Shown here: piece after piece, positions 22,249 through 31,193 of the stretch
How positions within the stretch are numbered: the first letter of the stretch is position 1
Layout: each line of letters opens with the position of its first letter
From: an uncultured delta proteobacterium
GTDB lineage: Bacteria > Desulfobacterota > BSN033 > UBA1163
Direction of reading: 5' to 3'
DNA length: 64,000 nucleotides
NCBI GenBank assembly: GCA_963708295.1
Contig: CAVPSJ010000011.1
Coordinates: 96,001 to 160,000, forward strand
Translations under genes and position numbers: made by a program
Notes under the pieces: generated by a model
The model's database searches: none
The model's input: the letters and a program-made list of their open reading frames with translations, nothing else
Told to the model about the DNA's origin: nothing

Positions 22249-23848
22249 TTAATCAATCGGCATGTCAATCCCCTTTTCTCCGGGCGATTGGGGATCCCAG
22301 AGAAAAAGGTACATGGAGGCATCGCTTGGAAATCGTCTGAAGTTGGCAAAACTTCCATCAAAATACCCCTTCAAAACACAGGGGAAATTGTTCTTGATCT
22401 CCTTCGCGGCCTCTTTCCCGGTAAGGATCCATAAGTCGGTTTCCATCTGCAACATATTGGGCGTAGGGGATATTGGAATGGATATATCGTAAAGACTCTG
22501 TCCTTGGGAAATCAGAGATACTCTAAATTCAAACTCCTTTCCAGGAGTTCTTCCATGACAAAGGGGATTTCGTAATGGCGGTTTTGTGGATACACTCTAA
22601 AATAATGAAGTATTCCCGGAATATACGTTAAGGTATTGACAAAAATCTTATCCCCATCTCTGAGTTGGCTATTTAGATAATTCACCAAACCTCTGAAGTC
22701 TTGTTTCTCGGAGCGATAGTAGAGGGGTAACATCACCAGATTGGATGCGATAAAAAGAATTACGAAGAGGAGGTTTAGATCGGATAAGTTTTCTTAATTT
22801 TCCAAACCTCGCTTCAATAGCATCGAGTGATAAGAATAAAGCAATAAAGAAAAGAGGGAAGAAAATTGATAAAATACCTCGATGTGATGAACTGGGTAAC
22901 ATTTAATAATTTACAATATAAATAAAGTCCACCAATCGGAAGAACGAAAACGCCCAAAAGAATGATAGCATTGCTTCTATTTTTTGAAAAAAAAGGAAAA
23001 AGGATTAGGAAGATGATAGAAATGACCATCAAAGGTAAATGCGGCACCCAGTCATTTAAGATTCCATATACCATTGCGGAAAAGGAACCAAGGTCTTGGA
23101 GACGCGAAGGGATCCATGACAGGTTGACCGTGGTAATTCAAACCAAGAAAAAGAAGCCAGGGAAGACAGAGGAAGAGAATGATGCCGTTGAAGATTAGAA
23201 AGGAGGAGAAAGCGTGGTTTCCTATTATCTTCCCTCAATCGGTAGAACCAGAGAATCTGGGATAGGACAATAAATAGAATAGAGCTGTAACTCGTATAAA
23301 ATAAAGTGGCGAAAAAGAATGCAGCAGGAATCAGGTATCGTCTTTCTGAAGTTTGCAGATGCCTCATAAAAAAATAGAGACCTGCCATTCCAATGAACAT
23401 GATCAATGAATAAGGACGGCCATTCTGGGAAAGATAGATATGATAGGTCATGAAAGTCAAAGAAACGGTACAAGGGATTGCGATATTCGGGGAGAACTGC
23501 CTTGAAAGTAGATAAATCATCGGTATTGACAGATATTCCGAAAATTAAAGGGATGATACGAAGATCTCGTTCTGGTTTTGTAAACGGATAGAATGAATGG
23601 GTGAGAACAAAAAAAAGAGGAGGGTGAAGGTAGGTTGGGTTTTCTTTGTAATACTTTAGCTGGTTTTGGATGCCATCTCTCGAATCATTGAAAGTATGGA
23701 TTTCATCAATCCAGAGGGATTTTTGATCGAAGGTGTAAAATCTTAAGGCGAAAGCTATGAGAACGCAAAGACAAAGAATAAGAATTTCCTTCTTTTTGAT
23801 CTTATCCAAAGATTGAAGTTTGATTTCCATAATGGAAGAGATCTCCAC
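22249..23848 (-). CDS. GT39/ArnT-like (GT-C) membrane glycosyltransferase, copy B; several apparent frameshifts
   Basis: ALRFYTFDQKSLWIDEIHT, LHPPLFFVL, C-terminus FPSDASMYLFLWDPQSPGEKGIDMPID; collinear paralogue of copy A. Confidence 0.72.
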
Positions 23849-23977
23849 TCCGAATACTTAATCGCCCTTTTTGAAGGGGGTTTGCGCAACTATGGTCGAT
23901 TTCCCATCGACTTTTATTCAATAGCACGTGTCCTGTTCTCACAGTATTGCAGGGGTTTGCCACCTCCTAAATGTCAC

Positions 23978-24490
23978 TCAATCGGGCATACCAATTCCAT
24001 TTTCCCCTGCCGATTGGGGATCCCAAAGAAAAAGCTATATAGAAGCATCAGTTGGAAACCGGTTAAAATTGAGGAAGGCTTCCATCAAAATATCCTTGAG
24101 GGTCAAGGAAAGGGTACATGGCAGAGCGATACGACGAGAAAGTAATCTTGAAAGAAAATAAATCATGCGTATTGAGAGGATACCAAAGATCATAGGAAGG
24201 ATGCGGAGGTCCCTTTCTGGTTTTGTAAATGGAAAGAGGAAATGGGGAAGAGCAAACAATAGAGGAGGATGGAGATGATAGGGTTTTTCTTCATAAAATG
24301 TTAATTGTTCTTTGAGCCCATACTTTGCTTCATTAAGCGTATAGATTTCGTCCAGCCGAAGGGATTTTTCCTCGAAGGTGTAGCAGCGAAGAGCAAAGCC
24401 CATGAGTAAACAAAGGATGAGGATAATTATTTCCTTTCGGCTTGCCCTATTTTCAACGGAATGACTGAAATCCATTGGGTCCAATCTCAT
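23978..24490 (-). pseudogene. GT-C glycosyltransferase copy C with a ~1.1 kb internal deletion
   Basis: N-terminal ~130 codons (KSLRLDEIYT, LHPPLL...IALPCTLSLT) joined near 24100 directly to the family C-terminal segment (FPTDAS...GIGMP). Confidence 0.7.
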
Positions 24491-25281
24491 TTCTTAGCAA
24501 GACAGTAAATAGATACGCCAAAAGGGAATGAAAAATATTTAAGTAAATAAGGTTCGAGTGAAAAAATTGTTTTTAGAAACAAATTGATTAAAGGAAAATT
24601 TATCTTATTTTCTGACTCAATTTTCGATCCGAGGAGTTGAATCAGGCGTCTGGCAAGCAAGATAGGGAAGAAGAGAAAGAAATTGAAATAGGAGGACTTC
24701 ATTATCTTAAACCCTTCCTGCCGCAATTTGTTCACAATTTCTGGCCTTGAATATCTTCTCTTATGAGCGGTAACTTCATCCTGAATTCCCCAGAGAAACT
24801 TGAAGGCCGGGACAGTTAAGATGAGCATTCCTCCTTTACTTAGTATCCGATAAAGTTCACTAATGCCCTTTGCGTCGTCATCCAAATGCTCAAGAATATC
24901 CATTGCAATAATAAGACCAATCGAGTTTGACTGTATGGGTAATTTATTTAAATCACCATTTAATAGAGGGACGTTAAATTTTTTCGAGATCAGGGATAGA
25001 ACGTAGATTGATCGATCTAATCCAATGGCATTTATTTCCGCTGAAAGCAATAATTTTAGATTTGAACCAGCTCCACAACCTATGTCGAGTGTCAAGGAAT
25101 TTATGGGAACATTTATAGATGATAAGATAGATTTTAGTAATCCCCTCCTTCCAACAAACCACCAGTGGAAGCTTTCCACCTCACTTTCGACATCATAAGG
25201 GGTTAGATTTGTTCCTATTTTGGATTTATTCATTAGATGGGTTTTTAGCATAAGTGATCGACAATGGTCAAATAGTACCAT
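24487..25281 (-). CDS. Class I SAM-dependent methyltransferase
   Basis: LDIGCGAG motif I, DILEHL, HWWFVGRR, HKRRYS. Confidence 0.88.
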   Translation of the reverse strand: MVLFDHCRSLMLKTHLMNKSKIGTNLTPYDVESEVESFHWWFVGRRGLLKSILSSINVPINSLTLDIGCGAGSNLKLLLSAEINAIGLDRSIYVLSLISKKFNVPLLNGDLNKLPIQSNSIGLIIAMDILEHLDDDAKGISELYRILSKGGMLILTVPAFKFLWGIQDEVTAHKRRYSRPEIVNKLRQEGFKIMKSSYFNFFLFFPILLARRLIQLLGSKIESENKINFPLINLFLKTIFSLEPYLLKYFSFPFGVSIYCLAKK

Positions 25282-25722
25282 GGTTTCTCCTCTTTCAACT
25301 CAAAGAATCTGGCGCGCGCGAGGATTTCTAGCGGAGAGGAGGTACGAATACACAATTCCCTCATGGGAGGGGAGAGGAAAATATAATTTAAGGGAATGAA
25401 AAATTATAACATAATGATATTAAAGACTTAAGAATAGGAGGGCAATGCCAGTCGGAGTTGAATACTGTAGAAGGATCGATCTATAAAGGGCTTTGGAGGG
25501 CAACGGTTTAGGTATTGTGACAGCGAAAGGGATCATGGCTCGGTCTAAGATCTGAATAGCAAGAATTGTCATCCTGACAGACAAAAAGTGTAAATTTATG
25601 TTGACGTTTTATTCGGTACCAAGGAAATGAGCTTAATCGATCAGATTCTAAAGAAATATTAATATGCAATAATATCAGACTAGTTAGACCGTTCAATAGA
25701 TTTTCCGAATGACTTTAAGAAT

Positions 25723-25738
25723 TGGCACAAATTATGCT
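25723..25738 (+). promoter_or_regulatory. Sigma54 promoter of the pilin cluster
   Basis: TGGCAC-AAATT-ATGCT (GG-N10-GC), ~140 nt upstream of the pilin ATG. Confidence 0.8.
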
Positions 25739-25874
25739 ATTTAAGAATTTCAAAATTACAATAAAGAAAAAGGAGGTGAAAGCTAAAAGGCAAATGTCCT
25801 GAACCGTTTTTGAGAGAATTCGATAATCTAAGCAGGCTTAGATTAGCCTAATAAACAAAAAGGAGGTTTAAATT

Positions 25875-26308
25875 ATGTTACGGAGAGAAAAAGGTTTTAC
25901 ATTGATTGAGTTGTTAATCGTTATCGCCATCATCGGTATTCTGGCAGCCATTGCCATTCCGATGTATAAGACACAAACGATCAAAGCGAAGACTGACCGA
26001 AGTCACAAATGGCATGAGTAATGTTGCAAGTGCTGTAGCAGCATACATGCAGGAAACAGGTGGTTGGCCTACTGCCACGGACTAAAGCATTAATTCAAAG
26101 CAGTTTGGGCGTTTCAACAGGTGCCCTTGGTAGAGTTTCTCTTATGGGTGTGAACAATGGAGTAATCACTGCGACAGTAACAGCCATTGATGCTACTGTT
26201 GATAACAAAGATTTAGTAATGCAGCCAACTTCAAATACGGATGGATCTATCACTTGGAATTGGACTACCAGCAACGGTATGCCACCGGCGTATATCCCCA
26301 AACGATAA
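25875..26308 (+). CDS. pilA: Type IVa major pilin (PilA); two apparent frameshifts near 25990 and 26082; N-terminus missing from the ORF track
   Basis: MLRREKG|[24 protein letters not shown] class III signal, AAGGAGG SD, sigma54 promoter; continues [15 protein letters not shown]... to PPAYIPKR. Confidence 0.88.
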
Positions 26309-26323
26309 TCTAAGATCTCTGAT

Positions 26324-26380
26324 AATAATGTTGGTGCCTGAGGAATTGTTTAAGCGATATCTTTGGGCACCAACATTATT
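26324..26380 (+). terminator. Long stem-loop after pilA (terminator or mRNA-stabilising hairpin)
   Basis: AATAATGTTGGTGCC ... GGCACCAACATTATT perfect 15-bp inverted repeat followed by TGATTTT. Confidence 0.7.
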
Positions 26381-26428
26381 TGATTTTGGAAGACAGAACC
26401 CTTTGTTTTGAGAAAGTAAGGGTTTTAA

Positions 26429-26871
26429 ATGAAAAAGAATAAATCAGGTTTCACACTGATCGAGATGTTGGTAGTGATCGCAATCATCGGCATTTTGGCT
26501 GCGGTTGCCCTTCCTCTTTATAAGGGTTATACAATAATGTCTAAATTATCTGAAGTGGAGAACGCGATGTCCACTGTTGCAAGTGGCGTTACAGGATATT
26601 ACGAAACTCAAAACTCTTGGCCTGATTGTCCTACGATACCTGCGGTTGGAAACAGCTTAGGAGTGGCATTGGGAGCTATCGGAAGGATTAATACACTATC
26701 GGTTTCAGGTGCAGATGGCAGATCACTGCGCAGGTACAAAATATTCATCCAATGGTGGATGGCAAGACATTGACATTGACACCCAGTACGGATACTGATA
26801 GTTCAATGACATGGACTTGGGGATGGTCCCCGGATTTTCCTCCCCAGTTTAGGCCTAAGGATGGTAGATGA
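26429..26871 (+). CDS. Second PilA-like pilin, paralogue of the upstream pilin; one apparent frameshift near 26720
   Basis: G|[24 protein letters not shown]; corrected C-terminus [21 protein letters not shown]...FRPKDGR is collinear with pilA. Confidence 0.85.
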
Positions 26872-27282
26872 AAATGTTTCCGATGAAATCCAATAGAGGA
26901 TTTACACTTATTGAATTATTGATCGTGGTAGCAATTATAGGAATACTTGCGGCAATTGCAATCCCCATGTATACAAATTACATGGTAAGGGCACGACGGG
27001 CCGATGCCAAAACGGCCTTGGAACAATTAAGAGCTGCTCAGGAGATGTGAAGGGCGGAGCAGGGAGTTATTCGACTAGTTTAGCACAACTTCAAACCACA
27101 TATGGGGTTCCAATTGTAGCTGGCCCCCCTGGGAGTACGGATTATGCTATCTTGTTGAACTCTGCGACTGCAAAGCTTTTTGGCGCAAGCGAATCCCACA
27201 TCATCAAGGCAGATTAGTGATGGAAGTTTATTTATTGACCAATAATGGTGTCAAAACCCCAGCCGTAAATGGGCCAAAGTAG
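26868..27282 (+). CDS. PilE-like minor pilin; in-frame TGA at 27048-27050 and further apparent frameshifts
   Basis: G|[40 protein letters not shown] (PilE-type RRxDA); pilin-like sequence continues past the stop. Confidence 0.72.
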
Positions 27283-27414
27283 ATTTCAGATGATCGGAAA
27301 CTGTATAAAGCATAAGCGTCAAGTGAAAGAGAAAGCAAGATAATTCTATTTATCTTGCTTTTTTTGTTTAATCATTATAGTAAAGCTGCGAAAGGAGTTT
27401 TTACGGCTTTAAAA

Positions 27415-28358
27415 ATGGACCTTTCAATTGTTATTCCAATGTTTAATGAGGCTGAGAATGCAGAATCTACCCTGAACCGGGTTGAGGAGGCATTGGCTTC
27501 TTTCCATGGGACATATGAGATTATCGCAGTCAATGACGGAAGTCTCGATAATACCCTTGACATTTTGAATAGATTAGCGGAACAAGATGGGAAATTGAAA
27601 GTTGTTTCTTACTCGAAGAATGTCGGCCGTGGAATGGCATTAAAGAAAGGTTTTAAGGAATCGAGCGGAGAGATCATCGTTTCCATCGATGCTGATCTGA
27701 GTTACCATCCTCAATTACATAATCGATTTTGTTGAAACATTAAGAACAGAACAAGATATCGATTTTGTTCTTGCGTCTCCCTACATGCCAGGGGGAGGTG
27801 TCGAAAATGTACCATTTCTTCGCCTATGGATCAGCAAATTCGGGAACAAGATACTTCAGATTTGCCATGCCCAACCGGATTTATACTTCTACTGGAATCT
27901 TCCGCGCCTACCGGAAAAAGGTTCTTGATTCTCTTGAGCTTGAATCTGATGGGAAAGAGATCCATCTTGAAATTCTTTCTAAGGCATTAGCCCTTGGATA
28001 TCGTGTTAAAGAGAGCCCTGCGATATCTAACCAGTCGGAAAGAGAGGTAAATCCAAATTCAAATTTAGGAAAACGGCTATCTCCCATCTGGTTTTTTCTG
28101 TTTTTGAAAAACCCGATGATCATATTTGGTTTTATTGGTCTCTTAACTCTCGCGATTGGCTTCTTGATTGGCATATATATTGCCTATTTAAGATTTTCAG
28201 GAGACTTAACTCCTGGAAGACCATTAATCACATTTGCCATCTTATTGATTTTAGGAGGAATTCAGATACTTTCATTTGGATTTATTGCGATACAAATTGT
28301 TTCACTTCGTAGAGAGATTCTCCGTATTCAAAAGGAAAATCTGGAATTAAGAAAATGA
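27415..28358 (+). CDS. GT2 glycosyltransferase, DPM1-like with C-terminal TM helices; frameshifted
   Basis: IPMFNE, VNDGS, IDADLSY; TM pair at the C-terminus. Confidence 0.82.
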
Positions 28359-28363
28359 TCTCC

Positions 28364-28902
28364 TAAGGAAGCCATGAAGGCAGGAAAGGTTTAGAACATA
28401 AGACTTGACCGATAAAATAATTGGTTGTGCTATTGAGGTTCACAAGAAATTGGGACCTGGTTTCTTGGAATCGATTTACGAAAATGCGTTTATTCTCGAA
28501 CTGAGAAGCACAAAAGTTACAAGTTGCAAGCGGCAACAAGAAGTCATCGTCAAATATGATGGTATTGAAGTCGGAAGGCACAGACTCGATCTCATTGTAA
28601 ACGATACTATCGTCGTTGAGTTGAAGGCAGTCAAAAATATTGAAGATGTCATTTCGCGATTGTGAAGTCTTATCTTAAAGCCCTGGGAAAGGAACATGGT
28701 TTAATCATAAATTTCTCCAAACCTGTTTTGGAGGTAAAAAGGGTTATTCATAAATAAATTCCTGTATTCCTGGCTTCCTTATTATAAGGAATGCAGGAAG
28801 GCATGAAAAAAGCATATTATTCCCGTAATTCTGGCCTTTATTTAAGTCCATGAAGCAAAATGACTTCGTTGTTCTGAATTCTCCTGTATTCATGACTTCT
28901 TA
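28364..28902. repeat. Array of ~23-bp inverted repeats (TAAG-GAAGCCAG-GAA(G/T)(G/A)CAG-GAA) enclosing and following the GxxExxY gene
   Basis: Forward copies 28364-28386 and 28785-28807; reverse copies 28759-28781, 28820-28840 (degenerate), 28881-28902. Confidence 0.8.
28374..28757 (+). CDS. GxxExxY protein (PD-(D/E)XK nuclease-like family); frameshifted
   Basis: IIGCAIEVHKKLGPGFLESIYENA (GxxExxY), RLDLIV...VELK, IINF near the C-terminus. Confidence 0.88.
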
Positions 28903-30066
28903 TGAGATTTTATTCCTTACTAATGCTTATCCTGATTTTGAATCCTCCTATCGGGGCATTTTTATAAAAAAAATGGCTTCGAACTGCTACGAGATGAGGA
29001 TATGAAATCTCTGTTGTTACTCCAAAGATTTATAAAGAGAGCCATTATTTTGAAGAACAGAATGGGATAAAGGTCTATCGTTTCCCCTTTTTTGCAAGAA
29101 ACAAACTCTTAATTGAATATAAAAAGATTCCATATTTGAGAATGATTCTTTATTACACTACTGGATTCTTCTTAACAATTTATGCAGTGCTCAAAAACAG
29201 ATGCAATCTGATTCATATTCATTGGGCAATTCCAACAGGACTTATCGGTGTTTGGGTTGGCACCCTTCTAAGAAAACCTCTTGTTGTTACGATTCACGGG
29301 TCTGATCTCAGGATGGCTCTTGAAAGATCCAGATTTGTTAGAAGGCTTTTTATTTATGTTTGCAAGAAGGCAGACCATCTCAATTGTGTTTCAGAGGTGC
29401 AGAAAAAAGAATTAGAACGATTGGGTGTCCCAAGTGAAAAAATCTCGACAATTCCAATGGGTATTGATGCAGCATTTTTAGACACCGGGAAGAATAGGGG
29501 AGTGGAATCGAGGAACAGACCTATCACAATTCTCAGCAATCGAAACCTTCTTCCGATCTATAATGTTTCTTTGTTGATTCGGGCCATTCCAATTGTCCTG
29601 AAAGAAGAGCCAGAAACAAAGTTTCTGATCGCTGGGGATGGAACTGAGAGAAAAGCTTTGGAAAGAGAAGTAGAGAGTTTGAATATCAATTCATCCGTAA
29701 AATTCTTGGGGCGGGTGCCCCACGAGGAGATGCCAAACCTTTTATCTCAAGCAGATATTTATGTATCGACCTCTCTCCACGATGGGACATCAGTTTCATT
29801 GCTTGAGGCAATGGGATCAGGAGCTTTTCCGGTGGTTACAGATATTCCAGCCAACAGGGAGTGGATTACTAATGGAGAAAACGGATTTCTTAGTTCCTGC
29901 AGATGAAGCAGAATCCTTAGCAAGTAAGATTATCGATGCTATTCGTAACCGTGAATTGTTAGAGAAAAGCCGAGAAAGAAATCGCTTAATTGTCGAGCAA
30001 AAGGCTCTCTGGCCCGAGTATATCAAAAGAGTTAAGAATATCTATGCAAATATTTTGAATTCATAA
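28902..30066 (+). CDS. GT4 glycosyltransferase; apparent frameshifts
   Basis: N-terminal LFLTNAYP, HIHWAIP, TIHGSD, SVSLLEAMGSG. Confidence 0.82.
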
Positions 30067-30075
30067 AGTTGGAAG

Positions 30076-30091
30076 TGGTATAGAAATTGCT
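30076..30091 (+). promoter_or_regulatory. Sigma54-type promoter inside the glycosylation island
   Basis: TGGTAT-AGAAA-TTGCT (GG-N10-GC) at the start of a 420-nt intergenic region. Confidence 0.6.
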
Positions 30092-30284
30092 TATTTCTTT
30101 TCAATAATTACCAATTCAAACCTCGTGAGGAATCAATGTTTGGAGATTTTTTTTAATAATTTCAGATGCTTAAGATAATTATTATATTTTTTTCATTTTT
30201 GTGTTCAAGCGATGAACGGATTACAAAAATAGTCCTTTGATTTACAAAAGTTGCCAAACATATAGGTCAAGAGTCGATAGGTCA

Positions 30285-30411
30285 GGGTAAGGATGCCGGT
30301 TTGGTTAAAGGGCTATGTTGTTGGGCTTTAAGACCTTTTACATAACCATTTAACTATAGACCAAACTGGCTTCGTAGCCTTTACCCAAAACCATTTCCCG
30401 GTTCAATGGTT
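30285..30411 (+). other. Long imperfect hairpin plus a small hairpin in the leader of the MarR-type regulator
   Basis: GGGTAAGG/CCTTTACCC, GCCGGTTTGGT/ACCAAACTGGC, TAAAGGGCTATGT/ACATAACCATTTA nested arms; then AACCATT-N9-AATGGTT. Confidence 0.6.
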
Positions 30412-30485
30412 AAGAAGACTTAACGATCAGTCGCCAAAATGGAAAAACAGGTAGAAAGCCCAAACATATTTAAACCATCGGACAG

Positions 30486-31067
30486 ATGAGGGATCTCCGA
30501 CTTCTTGAAGAGTTGGAGAAAAATCCTATCGTTTCCCAACGCGAGCTGAGTCACAAATTCGGCATCGCTTTAGGGGTAACGAATGCCTGCCTCAAAAGGA
30601 TGGCTCGGAAGGGGTTGATTCGAATCCGAGGTTTGAACCATCGGAAAATCGGATACTATTTAACTCCAAAAGGTTTTGCAGAGAAGGCGAAACTTACTCT
30701 TCATCTCATTTCTTATATCGTTCAACATTATTCAGAATTGAAGAAAATCATTAGTCAGAGACTCTTAGAGATGCAAGGCGATGGGTTGCAGCGGATTGTT
30801 TTTTACGGGGTGAGCGATGAGATGGAGGTTGCCTACGTTACTCTTCAGGGAGTGAATCTGAAGTTAGTTGGAATTGTTGAAGATGATGAGAAAATGACAC
30901 CTCAAATTATCTTTGGCTATGAAATAGAACCTGTGAGCCGTGTTCAGGAACTCAAACCCGACGGCATATTGATCACTTCTTTAACGGAGAACGAACAGAA
31001 AAGAGAGAGACTCAAAGGTATCTTCAAGCAAAATTCGATTTGTATAAAAGATATTTGCGTTCCATAA
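30486..31067 (+). CDS. Winged-helix (MarR-like, EPS-locus type) transcriptional regulator with C-terminal Rossmann-like domain; start may be 30439
   Basis: SQRELSHKFGIALGVTNACLKRM, YYLTPKGFAEK. Confidence 0.82.
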   Translation: MRDLRLLEELEKNPIVSQRELSHKFGIALGVTNACLKRMARKGLIRIRGLNHRKIGYYLTPKGFAEKAKLTLHLISYIVQHYSELKKIISQRLLEMQGDGLQRIVFYGVSDEMEVAYVTLQGVNLKLVGIVEDDEKMTPQIIFGYEIEPVSRVQELKPDGILITSLTENEQKRERLKGIFKQNSICIKDICVP

Positions 31068-31193
31068 GGAAGCCAGGAAATGATGAATGGAAAGTTTTGA
31101 TTAAGGAGATTATCTTTCACGATGGATGTCTTACCTAAGTAGATTTTGGACACGAGACACAGACACGGTCACGTTATTTTCCGGATTGATGAA

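Noticed and set aside
20600-24100. Three ~120-160 bp repeats (near 20600, 22255, 23980) as a non-coding repeat family or DGR template/variable regions
   Set aside because: They are the conserved C-termini of the three GT-C paralogues on the minus strand; no reverse transcriptase in the window
25785-25850. c-di-GMP-I riboswitch in the pilA leader (GGCAAA present)
   Set aside because: No GNRA-capped P2 stem or downstream GCAAAG element follows the GGCAAA
26868-27050. 60-aa pilin ORF (and the 48-aa first frame of pilA) as short Geobacter-type conductive e-pilins
   Set aside because: Pilin-like coding sequence continues past the stops in a region full of indels, so the short lengths are most likely artefacts
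27048-27050. In-frame TGA as selenocysteine or programmed read-through
   Set aside because: No recognisable SECIS hairpin, not a Cys-type position, and neighbouring frameshifts point to a base-call error
25875-27282. Shufflon/invertible or Neisseria-type silent pilin cassettes
   Set aside because: All three genes are co-oriented with complete N-termini; no invertase or recombinase gene in the window
28364-28902. 23-bp repeats as a CRISPR array or integron attC sites
   Set aside because: Copies alternate in orientation with irregular spacing; no cas or integron integrase genes and no RYYYAAC/GTTRRRY ends
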